Notes: a model not told the origin generated them from the sequence alone. A stretch of DNA of 64,000 nt from Eledone cirrhosa (GCA_964016885.1 OZ024747.1:11036001-11100000), one strand, 5' to 3'; positions 29,105 through 42,648 are shown, numbered from the stretch's first letter. Numbers and translations are program-made.

Positions 29105-30136
29105 ATTCCTTGAATCTCAGTCATTGATGTTGGTTAACTGGAAAGTCCGTTGGATTGAATATCAAGCCACTACCTGCAGCCTCAGATATTCAGGACGTAT
29201 CGGAGGGTTCTTGCCGTTCCAAGCAAGCATGCCTTTTGAAGCGTTCCAAAAAGCGTGAAGGGGCCGATTTTCTTTAACCATCCCTGGAAACCTTTGGAGA
29301 TAGTCCCCAGTGCGCCTATGACAATCGGGATCACTTTGACTTCATGGCAGTTCCAAATCCTTTTCACCTCCCACTTTAGGTCCTGGTATCGGTTAATTTT
29401 CTCCCTCTCCTTCTCTTGCACTCTCGTGTCGAACGGGCAGGCCACATCCACAATCAGGCACGATCTTTTTTCTTTGTCCACAACCACCAGGTCAGGTCTA
29501 TTGTGTTCCAGTTTTTTGTCCGTCTGTATCCTAAAATCCCACAGCACCTTCACCTGACTGTTCTCCATCACCGCCTCTGGCCTATGCTCATACCATTTCT
29601 CAGAATGTGGTAGATTGTTTACTTTGCACAGGTGCCAGTGGATCACCCTGCCCATCACATCGTGTCTCCAGCCCTTATAGTGGGTCTGGGCTAGGTGTTT
29701 ACACTCGGACACAATGTGAGCCACAGTCTCCTCTCTCTCTCCACAGATCCTGCACAGTGGGCTAGCCTCCTCCTTGTAGATATGGTGCTTCAACCACTTC
29801 GTTTTGAGGGCCTGCTCCTGCGCAGCCATTAGCATTCCTTCTGTAGCCTTTTTGAGGTCTCCTCTTCTCAACCAGTTCCATGTCTGTGGATCTCTAAATT
29901 CAGTTTTCTCAAAGAGGGTACTATGAAGGGATTTTCCCTTAAGGCTGCTCTTCCTCCTTGATGTTATTTCCTCCTTGGGTATCCCCTGGCCTACTGTCCC
30001 CTCCTTCAGTACAGCTCTGAGCATTGGCTCCTTACTATAGGTCACGTATTTGTATAGGTTGTTTTTCTCCATCTGAACACAGTCCTCTATGCTGATAAGA
30101 CCTCTTCCACCCTCAGATCTCCTTAGGTAGAGTCTA

Positions 30137-30137
<1 letters not shown>
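29105..30137 (-). mobile_element. R4/Dong-like non-LTR retrotransposon, 5'-truncated (CCHC finger + restriction-like endonuclease)
   Basis: RLYL..SEGGRGL, CRICGEREETVAHIVSEC, RHD, WDFRIQTD..LEHNRPDLVVVD...IVDVACP...EKI.RYQDL, PIVIGALG. Frame is intact over 29182-30136 and the copy is flanked by (TAA)n. Confidence 0.93.
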
Positions 30138-30183
<46 letters not shown>

Positions 30184-30185
30184 CA

Positions 30186-30259
30186 TCGTACCGTCCTGTA
30201 CCGTCCCGTGCCGTCTGTAATGTTTTTCTTGATGTCAGCCCTTGTGGCCAATAAAGAAA

Positions 30260-30261
<2 letters not shown>
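30186..30261 (+). mobile_element. Very short 3' end of the (TTA)n-associated Tx1-like family
   Basis: Near-identical to 32331-32402 (GTCCTGTACCGT...GTGGCCAATAAAGAAA). Confidence 0.85.
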
Positions 30262-30300
<39 letters not shown>

Positions 30301-30304
30301 GTTG

Positions 30305-30591
30305 TTCTTTGAGTCTCAGTCATTGATGTTATTTAACTGGAAAGTTTGTTGAAATGAATATCAAGCCACTACCTGCAGCCTCAGATAATCAGGACGTATC
30401 GGAGGGTTTTTGCTGTTCCCAGCAAGCATGCCTTTTGAAGTGTTCCAAAAAGCGGGGCGGGACCAATTTTCTTTAACCATCCTTGGAAACTCTTTGAGAT
30501 AGTACCTAGTGCGTCTATGACAATCGGGACCACTTTGACCTCATGGCAGTTCCAAATCCTTTTTACCTCCCACTTTAAGTCCTGGTATCGG

Positions 30592-30594
<3 letters not shown>
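30305..30594 (-). mobile_element. Second R4/Dong-like 3' fragment
   Basis: NRYQDLKWEVKRIWNCHEVKVVPIVI...LRYVLII* and its 3' UTR match 29105-29395. Confidence 0.92.
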
Positions 30595-30647
<53 letters not shown>

Positions 30648-30663
30648 CATTATTATTATTATT

Positions 30664-32402
30664 ATGGTCACCTGTCACAGCCTTTCAGCATTATGCGCTC
30701 GGTCCACCAGGGTTGCCCCCTCTCGTCCCTCTTGTACGTACTGGCCCTCGAGCCGTTACTTCACAAATTGGAGACGATGAGGGGGATCCCACGGGAGATC
30801 CGTGTCAGCTTACGCCGACGACGTCACCGTGGTGGTGTCGAGCACCAGACACGTCCAGATACTCGACACCGCTCTCAAAGAATACGAAGCGGTGACAGGA
30901 GCAAAGATAAACCAGAAAAAGTCGGTGGGCTTGCAACTCGGCACCTGGAGAGGCAATTCCATGCCGTTCAACAGCGTCGTGGGGCGCTGGACGGAAGGAC
31001 CGGTTAAATTGCTCGGGGTCTGGTTCCAGATGGAGAAAAACTAGAGCGAGGTGACGAGCAGGGTGGCCTCTCTCACCCAGAAATGGGCCGAGAGGAGGCT
31101 GTCTCTGAAAGGTCGGGTGGAGGTGGCGAATGCGTACATAGCGTCTGTCATCTGCTACCACCTGACCGTCGTACATTGCCCCCGCCCAACTCTGACCAAA
31201 ATGGAGCGCCTTCTCTTCCGCTTTTTGTGGAAGGGACGTGCTCCCTTGGTCAGACGATCCATTTGCTGTCAACACCCGTTGCGTGGAGGACTAGGCATGC
31301 CGTGGCTGATGATGCACAAACATGCGCTGAGGCTGCGACATCTCTGGTGCTTCCTTGGCGGTGAACAGGTGTGGTCGCCGTTTGCCAGACGCTCTTTTCC
31401 CGAGCTCGTCTCCTTGGCAGAGCTGCAGTCCTGGATCAGGAAAAGACCGAGGGATAGCGCTTGGAAGCTGGAATGTCTCCAAGAGCTCACCGCCCTATAC
31501 CAGCTGAGCACTAGTATCGGTGGAACATCAACCTCGGCGTTCTATAGAGAGCCAGTGGAGGGAAAGAGCGACGACGTTCTCGGGGAGACACTGGGCGTCG
31601 AAGACGATCAGCTGTTCGCTCTCTTCAAGAGAACTTTCAGACCGGAGCCTATGGACAACTTCCAGAAATCCCTGGCCTGGCAGTGCTACCGGGGAGCGTT
31701 GCCGGTTCGGGATAAGCTCTACAGGCACGGAGGAGCTGTCAGCCGAGCCTGTCCGAGATGCGCGCAGGGCGACGAAACCGTGCTGCACGCACTCGTTCGG
31801 TGCCCGAGGATTGCTGACTTGGGGAGCTATGTCGATCAGCTGCTGTCGCGTGTAGGACAGATCCGGTTATTGACTGAGTCCATTGTGCAGATAGCCCCGG
31901 AAGGGCAGGCAGTTTTCATCTGTCTGGTGGCCATGGCGAAAAAGATTGTGTGGTGGACAAGGTTGAAAGGGTTGAAGACGGACACTTCGGCCAATCCCTG
32001 ATTAACTTTTTCAAGTTTCACTTGAAGAGGAAAATCAGGGTGGAGAGGCAAGTGGTGTCTTCTAGTAAGTTTGTTGAAAGGTGGGTGAAAGTGGCGAGTC
32101 TGGTCCGAGTAAACGGACCCGCTCTGTGTATGCGCCTGTAGACTGAGGAGTGGGAAAACTGAGAGAGGGCGCTTGCCCTGGTGGTCAGGGGGGCCGTGGT
32201 CTTTTGTGTGGTTCTCGCTACGAGTGACCCTCGGAAGTTTCCACCCTATTGAGGAATTTTTTGTTGTTTGAATTTTTTTTTATATTTCTATCTTGTTAAA
32301 ACCTCTTTTACACGGCCAAAACCCACTTTGTATCGTCCTGTACCGTGCTGTGCCGTCTGTAATGTTTTTCTTCATGTTAGCCCTTGTGGCCAATAAAGAA
32401 AC
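30664..32402 (+). mobile_element. L1/Tx1-clade ORF2 fragment (RT motifs to CCHC), disrupted, in (TTA)n
   Basis: RSVHQGCPLSSLLY, VSAYADDV, GGLGMP and CPRC...ETVLHALVRC, with frameshifts and a stop at 31042. Ends AATAAAGAAA followed by (ATT)n. Confidence 0.95.
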
Positions 32403-32437
<35 letters not shown>

Positions 32438-32630
32438 GGGCGGTGGATTAGCAGTATCAGTAGAGGGTCGGACGCCATGCTTTGCAGCATAGAGTTACGC
32501 CCCTTTACGATCTGAGTTCAAATACCATCGCGGTTAACTTTGCCTTTCATCCTTACGGAGTCGATAAAATAAAAAGCACCAGTAATACACTGGGTTATTT
32601 GCTGGCCTTGTGCCAAAAGTAGAAGCAATT
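32438..32630 (+). mobile_element. tRNA-derived SINE (Meta-domain-like core)
   Basis: GGCGGTGGATTAGCAG head, TGAGTTCAAAT B box, GCCTTTCATCCTTACGGAGTCGATAAAAT core, GGCCTTGTGCC tail. A deleted copy lies at 32878-33010. Confidence 0.85.
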
Positions 32631-33399
32631 ATTATTATTATTATTTTATCATCACCACCAACTCCCACCACCACCACCACCACCACCACAATCGCCGCTG
32701 CCACCACCATCGGCACCACCACCACCATCGCCGCCGCCACCACCATCGGCACCCCACCACCACCACCATCGCCGCCGCCACCACCATCGGCACCACCACC
32801 ACCACCGTCATCGCCGCTGCCACCACCATCGCCCGCACATCATATCACCACGACCTCAACCATCATCATCATCATAGCAGAGTGTCGGACAAAATGCTTT
32901 GCCTTCATCCTTTCGGGGTCGATAAACAAAGTACCTGTTATATATTGAAGTCGATGTAATCGACTTTTTCTCTCCTCAAATTGTTAACATTGTGCCTAAA
33001 TTAGTAATCATTGCTGGTTCTCATGTCCCTTACCACAAAACCATTCTAGAATTCCGCCCCATTAAGGGCGCAGAGTCAAAACTTATAAGACTAACAGCAC
33101 AGAGCAGAAAGCCCAGCATTTGTGGTAGCAAAAATAACTTGAGGGCTTTCATTCTTGGGGGACTGAAAACACAGCCAAGTACCGAACAAGTTCCTGGGGC
33201 TACAGTTTTCCTGCAGCACCTTCAGCCATACCACTAGCGCCCCCCCCCCCCCCCCTGAAGAAGATGGGAACATCTACTTCCTCATCAGTTCCTAAAGCTG
33301 ACCAGGCCGGGGTACCTTCTCATAATCCCGAGATAGGAGAGAAAACTACTGCAAGGTTTCAGACGTGGAACCTTGCAACTTTAGCACCAATGAGTAAAA

Positions 33400-34956
33400 C
33401 ACTACAACTACAATAGCAACAATAACAACAATAGCAATAACAACTACAACAACAGCAACAACATAAAATCAGAAACAGTAACAACAATAACAATAACAAT
33501 AATAGCAATAACAACAATAACAACAACAATAACAACAACAATAGTAATAACAACAATAACAACAACAATAACAACAATGATAACAACAACAATAACAACA
33601 ACAGCAACAACAATAATGGTATCAGCAACAACAACAACAACAATAACAACAACAGCAACAGCATCAATAACAAAAATAAAAGACATCAACAACAACAACA
33701 ATAACAACAGCAACAACAACAATAATGGTATCAGCAACAACAACAACAATAACAACAACAGCAACAGCATCAGCAACAACAACAACAGCATCAAGAACAA
33801 TAACAACAGCAACAACAATAATAGTATCAGCAACAACAACAACAACAACAATAACAGCAGCATCAGTAACAACAACAGCAACAGTAACAACAACAACAGC
33901 AACAGTAACAACAGCAACAGTAGCAACAGCAGCAACAACAATATCAGTAGCAACAACAACAACAATAGCAACAACAACAACAATAGCAATAATAGCAACA
34001 ACAACAACAGCATCAGTAAGAACAACAACAACAACAGCAACAACAACAACAGCAACAACAACACCAGTAACAATATCAACAATAATAACAACAGCAGCAT
34101 CATCAGTAAGAAGAAGAACAACAACAACAGCAACAACAACAACAACAGCAACAACAACAACAGCAACAACAACAGCAGCAGCATCAGTAAGAAGAAGAAC
34201 AACAACAACATCAGTAACAACAGCAGCGTCATTAACAACAACAACAACAACAGCAACAACAGCAACAGCAACAGCAACAACAGCAACAACAACAGCAGCA
34301 GCATCAGTAAGAAGAAGAAGAACAACAACAGCAACAACAACAACAACAACAACAGCAACAACAACAACAGCAGCAGCATCAGTAAGAAGAAGAACAACAA
34401 CAGCAACAACAACAGCAGCAGCATCAGTAAGAAGAACAACAACAACAACAGCAACAACAGCAACAACAACAACAGCAGCAGCATCAGTAAGAAGAAGAAC
34501 AACAACATCAGTAACAACAGCAGCGTCATTAACAACAACAACAACAACAGCAACAATAACAGCAACAACAACAACAGCAACAACAGCAGCAGCATCAGTA
34601 AGAAGAAGAACAACAACAACAGCAACAACAACAACAACAACAACAGCAACAACAACAACAGCAGCAGCATCAGTAAGAAGAAGAACAACAACAACAGCAA
34701 CAACAACAGCAGCAGCATCAGTAAGAAGAAGAAGAAGAACAACAACAGCAACAACAACAACAACAGCAACAACACCACAGCAGCAGCATCAGTAAGAAGA
34801 AGAACAACAACAACATCAGTAACAACAGCAGCGTCATTAACAACAACAACAACAACAGCAACAACACCATAGCAGCAGCATCAGTAAGAAGAACAACAAC
34901 AACATCAGTAACAACAGCAGCGTCATTAACAACAACAACAACAGCAACAACAACAA
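33400..34956. repeat. (AAC/AGC)n array with higher-order structure
   Basis: Recurrent AGCAGCAGCATCAGTAAGAAGAAG and GTAACAACAGCAGCGTCATTAAC motifs. Confidence 0.92.
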
Positions 34957-35218
34957 GTATACAAGAAATGAGGGTGATAAGGTGAGGTGTAGGTGCAGAA
35001 TGAGACAAAAACATTGATGAAGTATCTAAATTTGTGTTGTGTCAAGAAGGGAGCCATATTGTCCTCCTACAGAAAACTGAGATGGCGTCTAGCTGTGACA
35101 GAAACTGGTCTTCTCTCGTCTGCTACTACCTTTCTACCTCACCCCACTCCCTCTATCTCTTGCTACCTTTCTCTCTCTCTCTTTCTACCCTCTCTTTCTA
35201 CTCCCCCCCCCCCCTCTC

Positions 35219-35284
<66 letters not shown>

Positions 35285-35407
35285 CTCGCTCTCTAGAAAG
35301 ATACGTATACATGCAGTTACAAACACACATACACATATACACATATATATATATATATGTGCGTATATATATATATATGTGTGTGTGTATATATACATAT
35401 ATATATA

Positions 35408-35481
<74 letters not shown>

Positions 35482-35500
35482 TATATATATATATATACAC

Positions 35501-35533
<33 letters not shown>

Positions 35534-35598
35534 TATATATATATATATACACACACATATATATATATATATATGTGTGTGTATATATATATATATAT

Positions 35599-35651
<53 letters not shown>

Positions 35652-35682
35652 TACATACATATATATATATATATGAAAACGA

Positions 35683-35718
<36 letters not shown>

Positions 35719-35802
35719 TCATTTTCTGACTCTATTACTTCTTTTATCTTTTATCAACTTATTTCTCTAGTTGTGCTTATTTCTGTATACATACCCACAC
35801 AC

Positions 35803-35850
<48 letters not shown>

Positions 35851-36026
35851 GTGTGTGTGTGTGTTCAGAGAGAAGGAGGTAAAATCGCGACCGTTTGGCG
35901 CCGCGATCCGGATTTTACCTCTCTCTATACCCACTCTACATTTCCCCATGTATTGAGTATTCCTATAATTAATAGTCTCCCCTGTCTCAGCACTGCAGAC
36001 TAACCACTCTCTCTCTATGTATATAT

Positions 36027-36731
36027 CGGAGGCATATGGTCTTTAAAGCGATGAAATACCAATGAAGGTTGGAAGATCACTGATGAAGGACTAACTTTAT
36101 ACATATGTAACCCATTTGCAACCACGCAACACGTTTGTTTTCATATTCACACATATATTTTCCCCCGCTGTGACCCGTCTATTTCGTTCTTACTGCTTCC
36201 TCTTTCTCTGTATCTTTACCCTCTCTAACAGTCACTCTCTCTGCTAGCCTCTTCCTCACCCTTCACTCACTCACTCTCTTCTACTACCTCTCCTACTTCC
36301 TCCCGTTTGACCAGTGCGTAATTCTTTTCTCGCGCACGCTGGACCAGGCTGGTTGTTCCTTTTTTCTCTCTTGTCTACGATTTCACAGAACTTATGTTCA
36401 CCGAATTCAGTGACTAGACCCCTTCTTCCTCCCGTTAGACCTGTGCGGAATTCCTTCCTTGCTCACATTTCGACTAGGTTTGATGGTCTTTATTCTCTCT
36501 CGTTCACGATTTCACCGAACTTATATTCATGGGAATCTGGGACTTGATTCGTTCTTCCTCACTTTTCGTTGCTTCACCATCTTTGTTTGTTTACAGTCTC
36601 GTTCGTTCTCCTTATTTACGTGTCCCAACGACTTTCTTTAGCCGTTGCTCGCACCAACCGCAGGTATATGGTCTTTAAAGCGATGAAATACCAATGAAGG
36701 TTGGAAGATCACTGATGAAGGATTAACTTTA

Positions 36732-36738
<7 letters not shown>
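36027..36738. mobile_element. Non-coding element with ~80-bp terminal direct repeats (copy 2)
   Basis: Colinear with 13602-14315. Repeats at 36027-36106 and 36659-36738, TA-flanked. Confidence 0.9.
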
Positions 36739-36778
<40 letters not shown>

Positions 36779-36887
36779 GCACATTATATACATACACATA
36801 TATGCCCATTAGTTTTAACATACTAGAGACCAAGTACTCAATACTATAGTAGAGTGTAGTAGTTTATTTAAGCTAATCAATCTCTTA

Positions 36888-36957
36888 TTATTGTGGAGTT
36901 TCCTTAACGTGTTGTAGGCTCTTCAAGCTGGAAAATATACGGTCCTTAAAGTTCCAC
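36888..36957 (-). CDS. Candidate short terminal exon
   Basis: TTCCTTATTTCAG|G-WNFKDRIFSSLKSLQHVKETPQ*, with AATAAA about 20 nt downstream (36863-68). No homology recognised. Confidence 0.22.
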
Positions 36958-37024
36958 CTGAAATAAGGAATATCACCAGTCGTCTGATCTTCTTTCTTAA
37001 TGTGTCTTCCTTTAATGTATTCTA

Positions 37025-37255
37025 ACTTCTGTAGTCATGTTATTGTTGTAGAAACAATACAGATTGTTATTACCACAGGAAGTGCTCTGATGAACTTTCT
37101 CCTTTGGTTCCACATCTCTTTGTCCCATCTCACCTGACTCGAAACTCACAGCATCATCATCCGGGTGTTGTTGTAATTCCACGAATAAGGAAGTCTTTCT
37201 ACGTTTGTTACTTTTTTTTCCTGGAACTGCCAGACTTTGGAACTCTCTTCCATCT
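37025..37255 (+). mobile_element. Decayed CR1/L2-group LINE ORF2 C-terminal remnant
   Basis: Translates as YYHRKCSDELSPLVP...LTRNS...VVIPR...FFPGTARLWNSLP, a typical LINE C-terminal signature. Confidence 0.7.
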
Positions 37256-37394
37256 CTTTCTAAATTCTTGACCTTGTTTCTAAATTAGAACCCTCCTACC
37301 CTCCAAATTACTGACCTTGTGTCTAAATTAGAACCCTCCCTCCAAATTACTGACCTTGTGTCTAAATTAGAACCTATTATTATTCTATCTATCC

Positions 37395-37610
37395 AGGGCG
37401 GTGGGTTGGCAGTATCGGTAGAGTCGGACACCATGCTTTGCAGCATAGAGTTATGGTCCTTTACGGTCTGAGTAATCCCGCCGAGGTTAATTTTGCCTTT
37501 CATCCTTACGGGGGTTGATAAAATAAAGCACCAGTAACCTACTGGGATCGATTTAATCGACTTTCCCCTCCCCCCAAATTACTGGCCTTGTGCCTATTCT
37601 AGAAATCATT
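37395..37610 (+). mobile_element. tRNA-derived SINE
   Basis: Same family as 32438 and 62794. Confidence 0.85.
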
Positions 37611-37979
37611 ATTATTTTATCGTCTTCCCCATCATCAATAGACTAGACGACGAAGAGGGTCAAGGGATCACAACAGAATTTATGTTTACCATTTTAGAAG
37701 ATTCTGGAGTGGGAGGGGGTCAAGAGACTTGATCTGGAATCTGGGATCTGGGGTCATCCATTGAAACTGAAACTGAAACTATTACAAAGTGGAAGAATCA
37801 TTTCAGTTATTTACAACTATGGGCTCGTAACTTCTAGGGGGGAGGGGTCGTAGTGGCATCGTCTTGGGATTTTTAGACCTGGTGGTGCCCAGTCCCTCTC
37901 CGCGTGTAAACACAACCGATTTCTTCAAGAGAAGAAGATAGAGTGATAGAGAGGAAGTAAATATAGATATAGAGGAAGA

Positions 37980-38130
37980 ATCGACCCCAGTACTAGAGTG
38001 GTACTTTTTTTATCGACTTCGAAAGGATGAAAGGTAAAGTTGATCTCAGCGCAATTTGAACTTAGTGAGCTGAGAGTCGAAACCAATATTACAAAACATT
38101 TTAGCAGACGTTCTAGCGACTCTGACAATT
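37980..38130 (-). mobile_element. tRNA-derived SINE, diverged
   Basis: TTTATCGACTTCGAAAGGATGAAAGG...ATTTGAACT is the reverse complement of the SINE core. Confidence 0.75.
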
Positions 38131-38954
38131 TGTTAAACATTTCAGCTATTTAAGAACTCATAGAAACTGTTACATTCACTTTTTTGGTTTATTCCTTTAC
38201 AGAACAGTCCAGTGTGCATTGTTACAAAAGATGCAGTGGAATTGTTCTAGTGACCAGGATGCAGAAGTGCAACCACACATTTTAACCCTACATAATGGAG
38301 TCTAGTCTTTAAAAAGAAGCAAAATGTGAATATTTTAGAAAATAAGATTTGGTTGATTTTTATCTTTTGTTTGTGTTTTGTTCATTATTGTTTTCTTATA
38401 TTCTTATTTATGTCCACTCTCCTTTTCTTCCTTTTTCTATCGTCTGTTTCTGGAGTTTATTCCAATACTTCTACAGACTACCAGAACGTTCTTTATTCCT
38501 CAAACCCTAAAAGCGAAGAGAGAGTATTTCAAGCGGTGAGAAAGACAAAAGTAATAGATGTATGTCGTAATTGTATGACACAAGTGAAATAGATGGCGTT
38601 GCTGGTTGCTATCGGCTGGCGTCCTTCATTTGGTTCGGCTTCACTACTTACTGTAGAATTCTTGAGTAGGTGATAGCAGACTATAGATGGAGTAGATAGA
38701 GTGGTGGGGGTAGGAAGAGGGGTGGTGGAGGGGGGGGGGGGGGGGGGGGCTGGCTGCGGTGGACATTACTTAGAATGATGGGTTGTTCCGTGGAGAGGGA
38801 GAGAGAAGAGGTTGAAGAAGAGGTTGAAGGCAACGTAAAGTGGAGAAGGAAGGAAATGAAAAATTAGAGTAGCAGAATGAAAGGGAGAGTATGTACGCAT
38901 GCGTGAATGTGTGTGTAAGAGAGATAGAGAAAGAGAGAGGGAGGGGAGATAGAG

Positions 38955-39019
<65 letters not shown>

Positions 39020-39155
39020 GGTTGATGAAGAAGTGAGAAAGGGGAAAGATAGAAAGAGAAAAAAGTAGATAAGTTGAGAACGAGTGTGAGAGAAACTAAA
39101 ATTGAATGAAAGAGATGGGAGAGGAAATGGTAATGAAAGATAGGAAGAAGAGGAA

Positions 39156-39235
<80 letters not shown>

Positions 39236-39349
39236 AGTAAAACGACAAATATGAATAATACGAAATAATACGTAGTGGGGGGTGGGCATAAAATAGAGTT
39301 TGTAAAATGTAAGAGAAAGGATAAGAGAGAAAGAGAGACGAAGAGAAAA

Positions 39350-39403
<54 letters not shown>

Positions 39404-39627
39404 AAATGGTAAACGGGATAGAAGGTAAGATTAAGGGACAAACGAAGAAAAAGGGGAGGAAAAGAAATGTGAAAGAGATAGAGAAGATGAGAGGAACATT
39501 GAATGAGAAAAAGAGAGAAAGAAGTAAAAGAAAGAATGAGTAAAAGAAAGAGATATAAAGTGAGAAAGAGTTAAAAGAAGTCCCAACAATGTTATGACAG
39601 TAAAGTTGGTAGAGAAATTTCAAGAAG

Positions 39628-39665
<38 letters not shown>

Positions 39666-39667
<2 letters not shown>

Positions 39668-39727
39668 TTATCTGATGAGAACGTACCGAGGAAACAGCAC
39701 AGTATCTCCGAAATATATATAATAAAA
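39666..39727 (+). ncRNA. Minimal type I hammerhead motif (paralogue of 17855)
   Basis: TTTTAT-CTGATGA-GAACGTAC...GTATCTCC-GAAA-TATATA-TA-ATAAAA. The downstream tail is homologous to 17920-17970. Confidence 0.7.
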
Positions 39728-39770
39728 TATATTTGATTACATGAATGTCTATATTTATTAATATTTTGAA

Positions 39771-39810
<40 letters not shown>

Positions 39811-39817
<7 letters not shown>

Positions 39818-40048
39818 TAAAATGATTAATCTCCTTTGTATATATTTCTTTAAATAAAAAAATATATTTCACCAATTAACGTGTACGTGTCATTCACAGA
39901 TTTGCATTTGCTGTGTAAACACAGATGGTTGGATCTTCTCCTTTGGTGACCTCTGGGATTTGACTACTGTGATTTACCGATTAATTGGTGAAATATATTT
40001 TTTATTTAAAGAAATATATACAAAGGAGATTAATCATTTTAAAAGGTA
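39811..40048. repeat. Inverted repeat, ~68-bp arms
   Basis: TACCTTTTAAAATGATTAATC...CACCAATTAA / TTAATTGGTG...GATTAATCATTTTAAAAGGTA. Confidence 0.9.
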
Positions 40049-40342
40049 TCTATATTTGAAGTTCTAGTTAAACTTTAATTAGTTACCTACCTAGCTATGT
40101 GTGCTTACACACTTTACAAATTATTCCCTGTGATTGTTTCATATGTTTATTTACATATATATATATTTACATATATATATATATATTTACATATATATAT
40201 ATATATTGACATATATATATATGTCAATCTATTTTTAGTTGATATAAAATGCTCGGATCTATTCATTGGAATCTTTGAGCTTATTCTGCAGTGGATATGG
40301 CGCATGTCTCTCAGACATGACAACCCTTAAATTAATTTTAAA

Positions 40343-40533
40343 TATATATGAAGATAGACATAGAATATTCGAAAATATTCTGTATGTTTATAATAAACAT
40401 TTTGAAGACCTAATCGCTATAGAATAGAATACGTCACGTATTACAATTAGATTCTCGATAAAAGGTCTTCAAAATGTTTATTATAAACATACAGAATATT
40501 TTCGAATATTCTATGTCTATCTTCACATATATA
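40343..40533. repeat. Inverted repeat, ~67-bp arms
   Basis: GAAGATAGACATAGAATATTCG...GAAGACCT / AGGTCTTC...CTATGTCTATCTTC. Confidence 0.9.
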
Positions 40534-40563
40534 TCGCTATTTCAGAGCATTTAATCCAATTTT

Positions 40564-40594
<31 letters not shown>

Positions 40595-41012
40595 TTCTTT
40601 AAGTCGTTTGGAAGCCTCGACAATGCAGATGGGTAAATCTCCGGGTAATAAAATCCGGTGGTGGAGAGAGAGAGATGTAAGTGGGTGTACGTTGAGATGC
40701 GTGGCGTGTATAAGACTGTAACGTGTAGAGGAATGAAGGAAAGAGCGTAAAGGATAAAAATAAAAATAACAACACTAAATAGAGTTACCTATAAACGTGT
40801 CATCCGCTGTTCGTTGTTTCAAAACAACGAACAGCGGAGGACACGTTTCGCACCTTTCCGACAGATTTGTTTATATTATCTTTTTCTAATTGTGCTTAAC
40901 ACTATGACTTATTAAAATAATATAAACAATTCACTATCCAGACAGCCTCCAAAAGTAATGGTTGCATTTTAAAAGAGTACGTCAAAGCTAATTGTAAAAC
41001 TGTTATATATTG

Positions 41013-41077
41013 TATTTTGTCTGATGAAAGCATACCATAATTTAATGTGGTATCCCTGAAATATGTATAATGAAATA
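41013..41077 (+). ncRNA. Minimal type I hammerhead motif, partly decayed
   Basis: TATTTTGT-CTGATGA-AAGC-ATACCATA..TGTGGTAT-CCCT-GAAA-TATGTA-TA-ATGAAATA. Its tail matches 403-445. Confidence 0.6.
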
Positions 41078-41112
41078 AATATGGTTTTATAAATATAGTT
41101 TCCATTTATTAA

Positions 41113-41149
<37 letters not shown>

Positions 41150-41295
41150 AGTATATGTTGGTTGTTTACAGACACCTCAGTATGCAGATTGGAGCACTCG
41201 ACGAAGTACGCAGGTTGGTTTGGTTACTCCGGAGTAATGTAAAATAAAGTAATTAAGTCAAATATTTAAGATTTGGCTTCGTTTATTAAAGATGT

Positions 41296-41350
41296 ACTGC
41301 TATATATATTTCGGTGACAGCCATCATTGGCTGTGACCTCTTCAGGCAGT
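41296..41350 (-). ncRNA. Minimal type I hammerhead ribozyme (best-preserved copy)
   Basis: Minus strand: ACTGC-CTGAAGA-GGTCACAGCCA-ATGA-TGGCTGTCACC-GAAA-TATATA-TA-GCAGT, then AATAAA. Confidence 0.88.
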
Positions 41351-42535
41351 CCGAATTGGTGTGGTAGAGACAGGTACACTTGTTGTTAAAGTGTTTTACT
41401 CCGATATGTCCAGCTTCTGGTTGGGTTGTAATTTCTCTGAGGAACTGGAATCATATGAATTCTAACGAACGAATTTCGGCGTCATAGGACACTCTCTCAT
41501 CCCATTGGTCAGTTGTGAGAACATTCTGTGTATATATATACAGAGAGAGAGAGAGAGAGAGAGAGAGTCTGCGGTGCTGAGACAGGGGAGACCACTAATC
41601 ATAGGAGTACTCAATACTAACATACAAACCTTCATATACGTATATACATACATATATACACACACACACGTACACTTATGTCTTATTCTGTTACTGGCTT
41701 CAGCCACTAGAGGGCAGTGTATTCAATGTATTCGTTCATAGTGTATTTTAAAGATTATTCCATGTTTTTTGCAATCTGTATGTGTGTGTGTACGTGTGCT
41801 CGCACGTGTATGTGTGTGTGGTGTGTATGTGTGTGTATATGCGTGCTCGCGTGTGTGTGTATGTGTGTATATATGCGTGCTCGCGTGTGTGTGTGGTGTG
41901 TGTGTATGTGTGTGTGTGTGTGCTCGCGTGTGTATGTGTGTGTGTATGTGTGCTTGCATGTGTATGTGCGTGTTTAAATGTATGTGTGTGTGCTCGTTTG
42001 TGTGTGAGTGTGTGCTCACATGTATGTGTATGCTCGTATGTCTGTGTGTGCTCGCATGTGTGTGTCCTGGTGTGTGTGTGGATGTGTACTCGTATGTTTG
42101 TTTTCACATATATGTGTGTGCTTGTATGTATGTGTTCACATGTATGTGTGTGTTCGGATGTGTGTGCTCACATGTATGTATGTGTTCACACGTCTGTGTG
42201 TGTGTGTGTGTGTGTATTAATCCGTTCTATGCTTTGTAAAGGAAAGTGAAGAAAAGCATAAGGAAACATTAGTTTAACGCAGTCGGATCAATTGTGGTAA
42301 AAAAAACAGAATATTGCATCGTATAGTTTCCTCTCACCAATTAGGCGGACATCTTTCGAAAATAACTGACTCTGGTTCCACTGTCAAAGAACCACGACGT
42401 CAAGGAATATCTTATTTGTCTCTTTTATCTCATACCATCTTACCAATGAGACTACTATCGTAACACTCAAATATACCAATCAATCACTATTGATTGGTAT
42501 ATTTATATATATTTATATATATATATATATATATA

Positions 42536-42606
<71 letters not shown>

Positions 42607-42609
42607 GTG

Positions 42610-42648
<39 letters not shown>

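Noticed and set aside
30137-30186. Met-poly-Ile start of the 334-aa ORF
   Set aside because: It is the (TAA)n target tract, not an element start.
33577-34872. 431-aa Asn/Ser-rich ORF
   Set aside because: Several frames on both strands are open because of the AAC/AGC composition. No splice or domain evidence.
38202-38310. Strong plus-strand acceptor TTCCTTTACAG
   Set aside because: All three frames stop within about 35 codons and there is no supporting upstream exon or homology.
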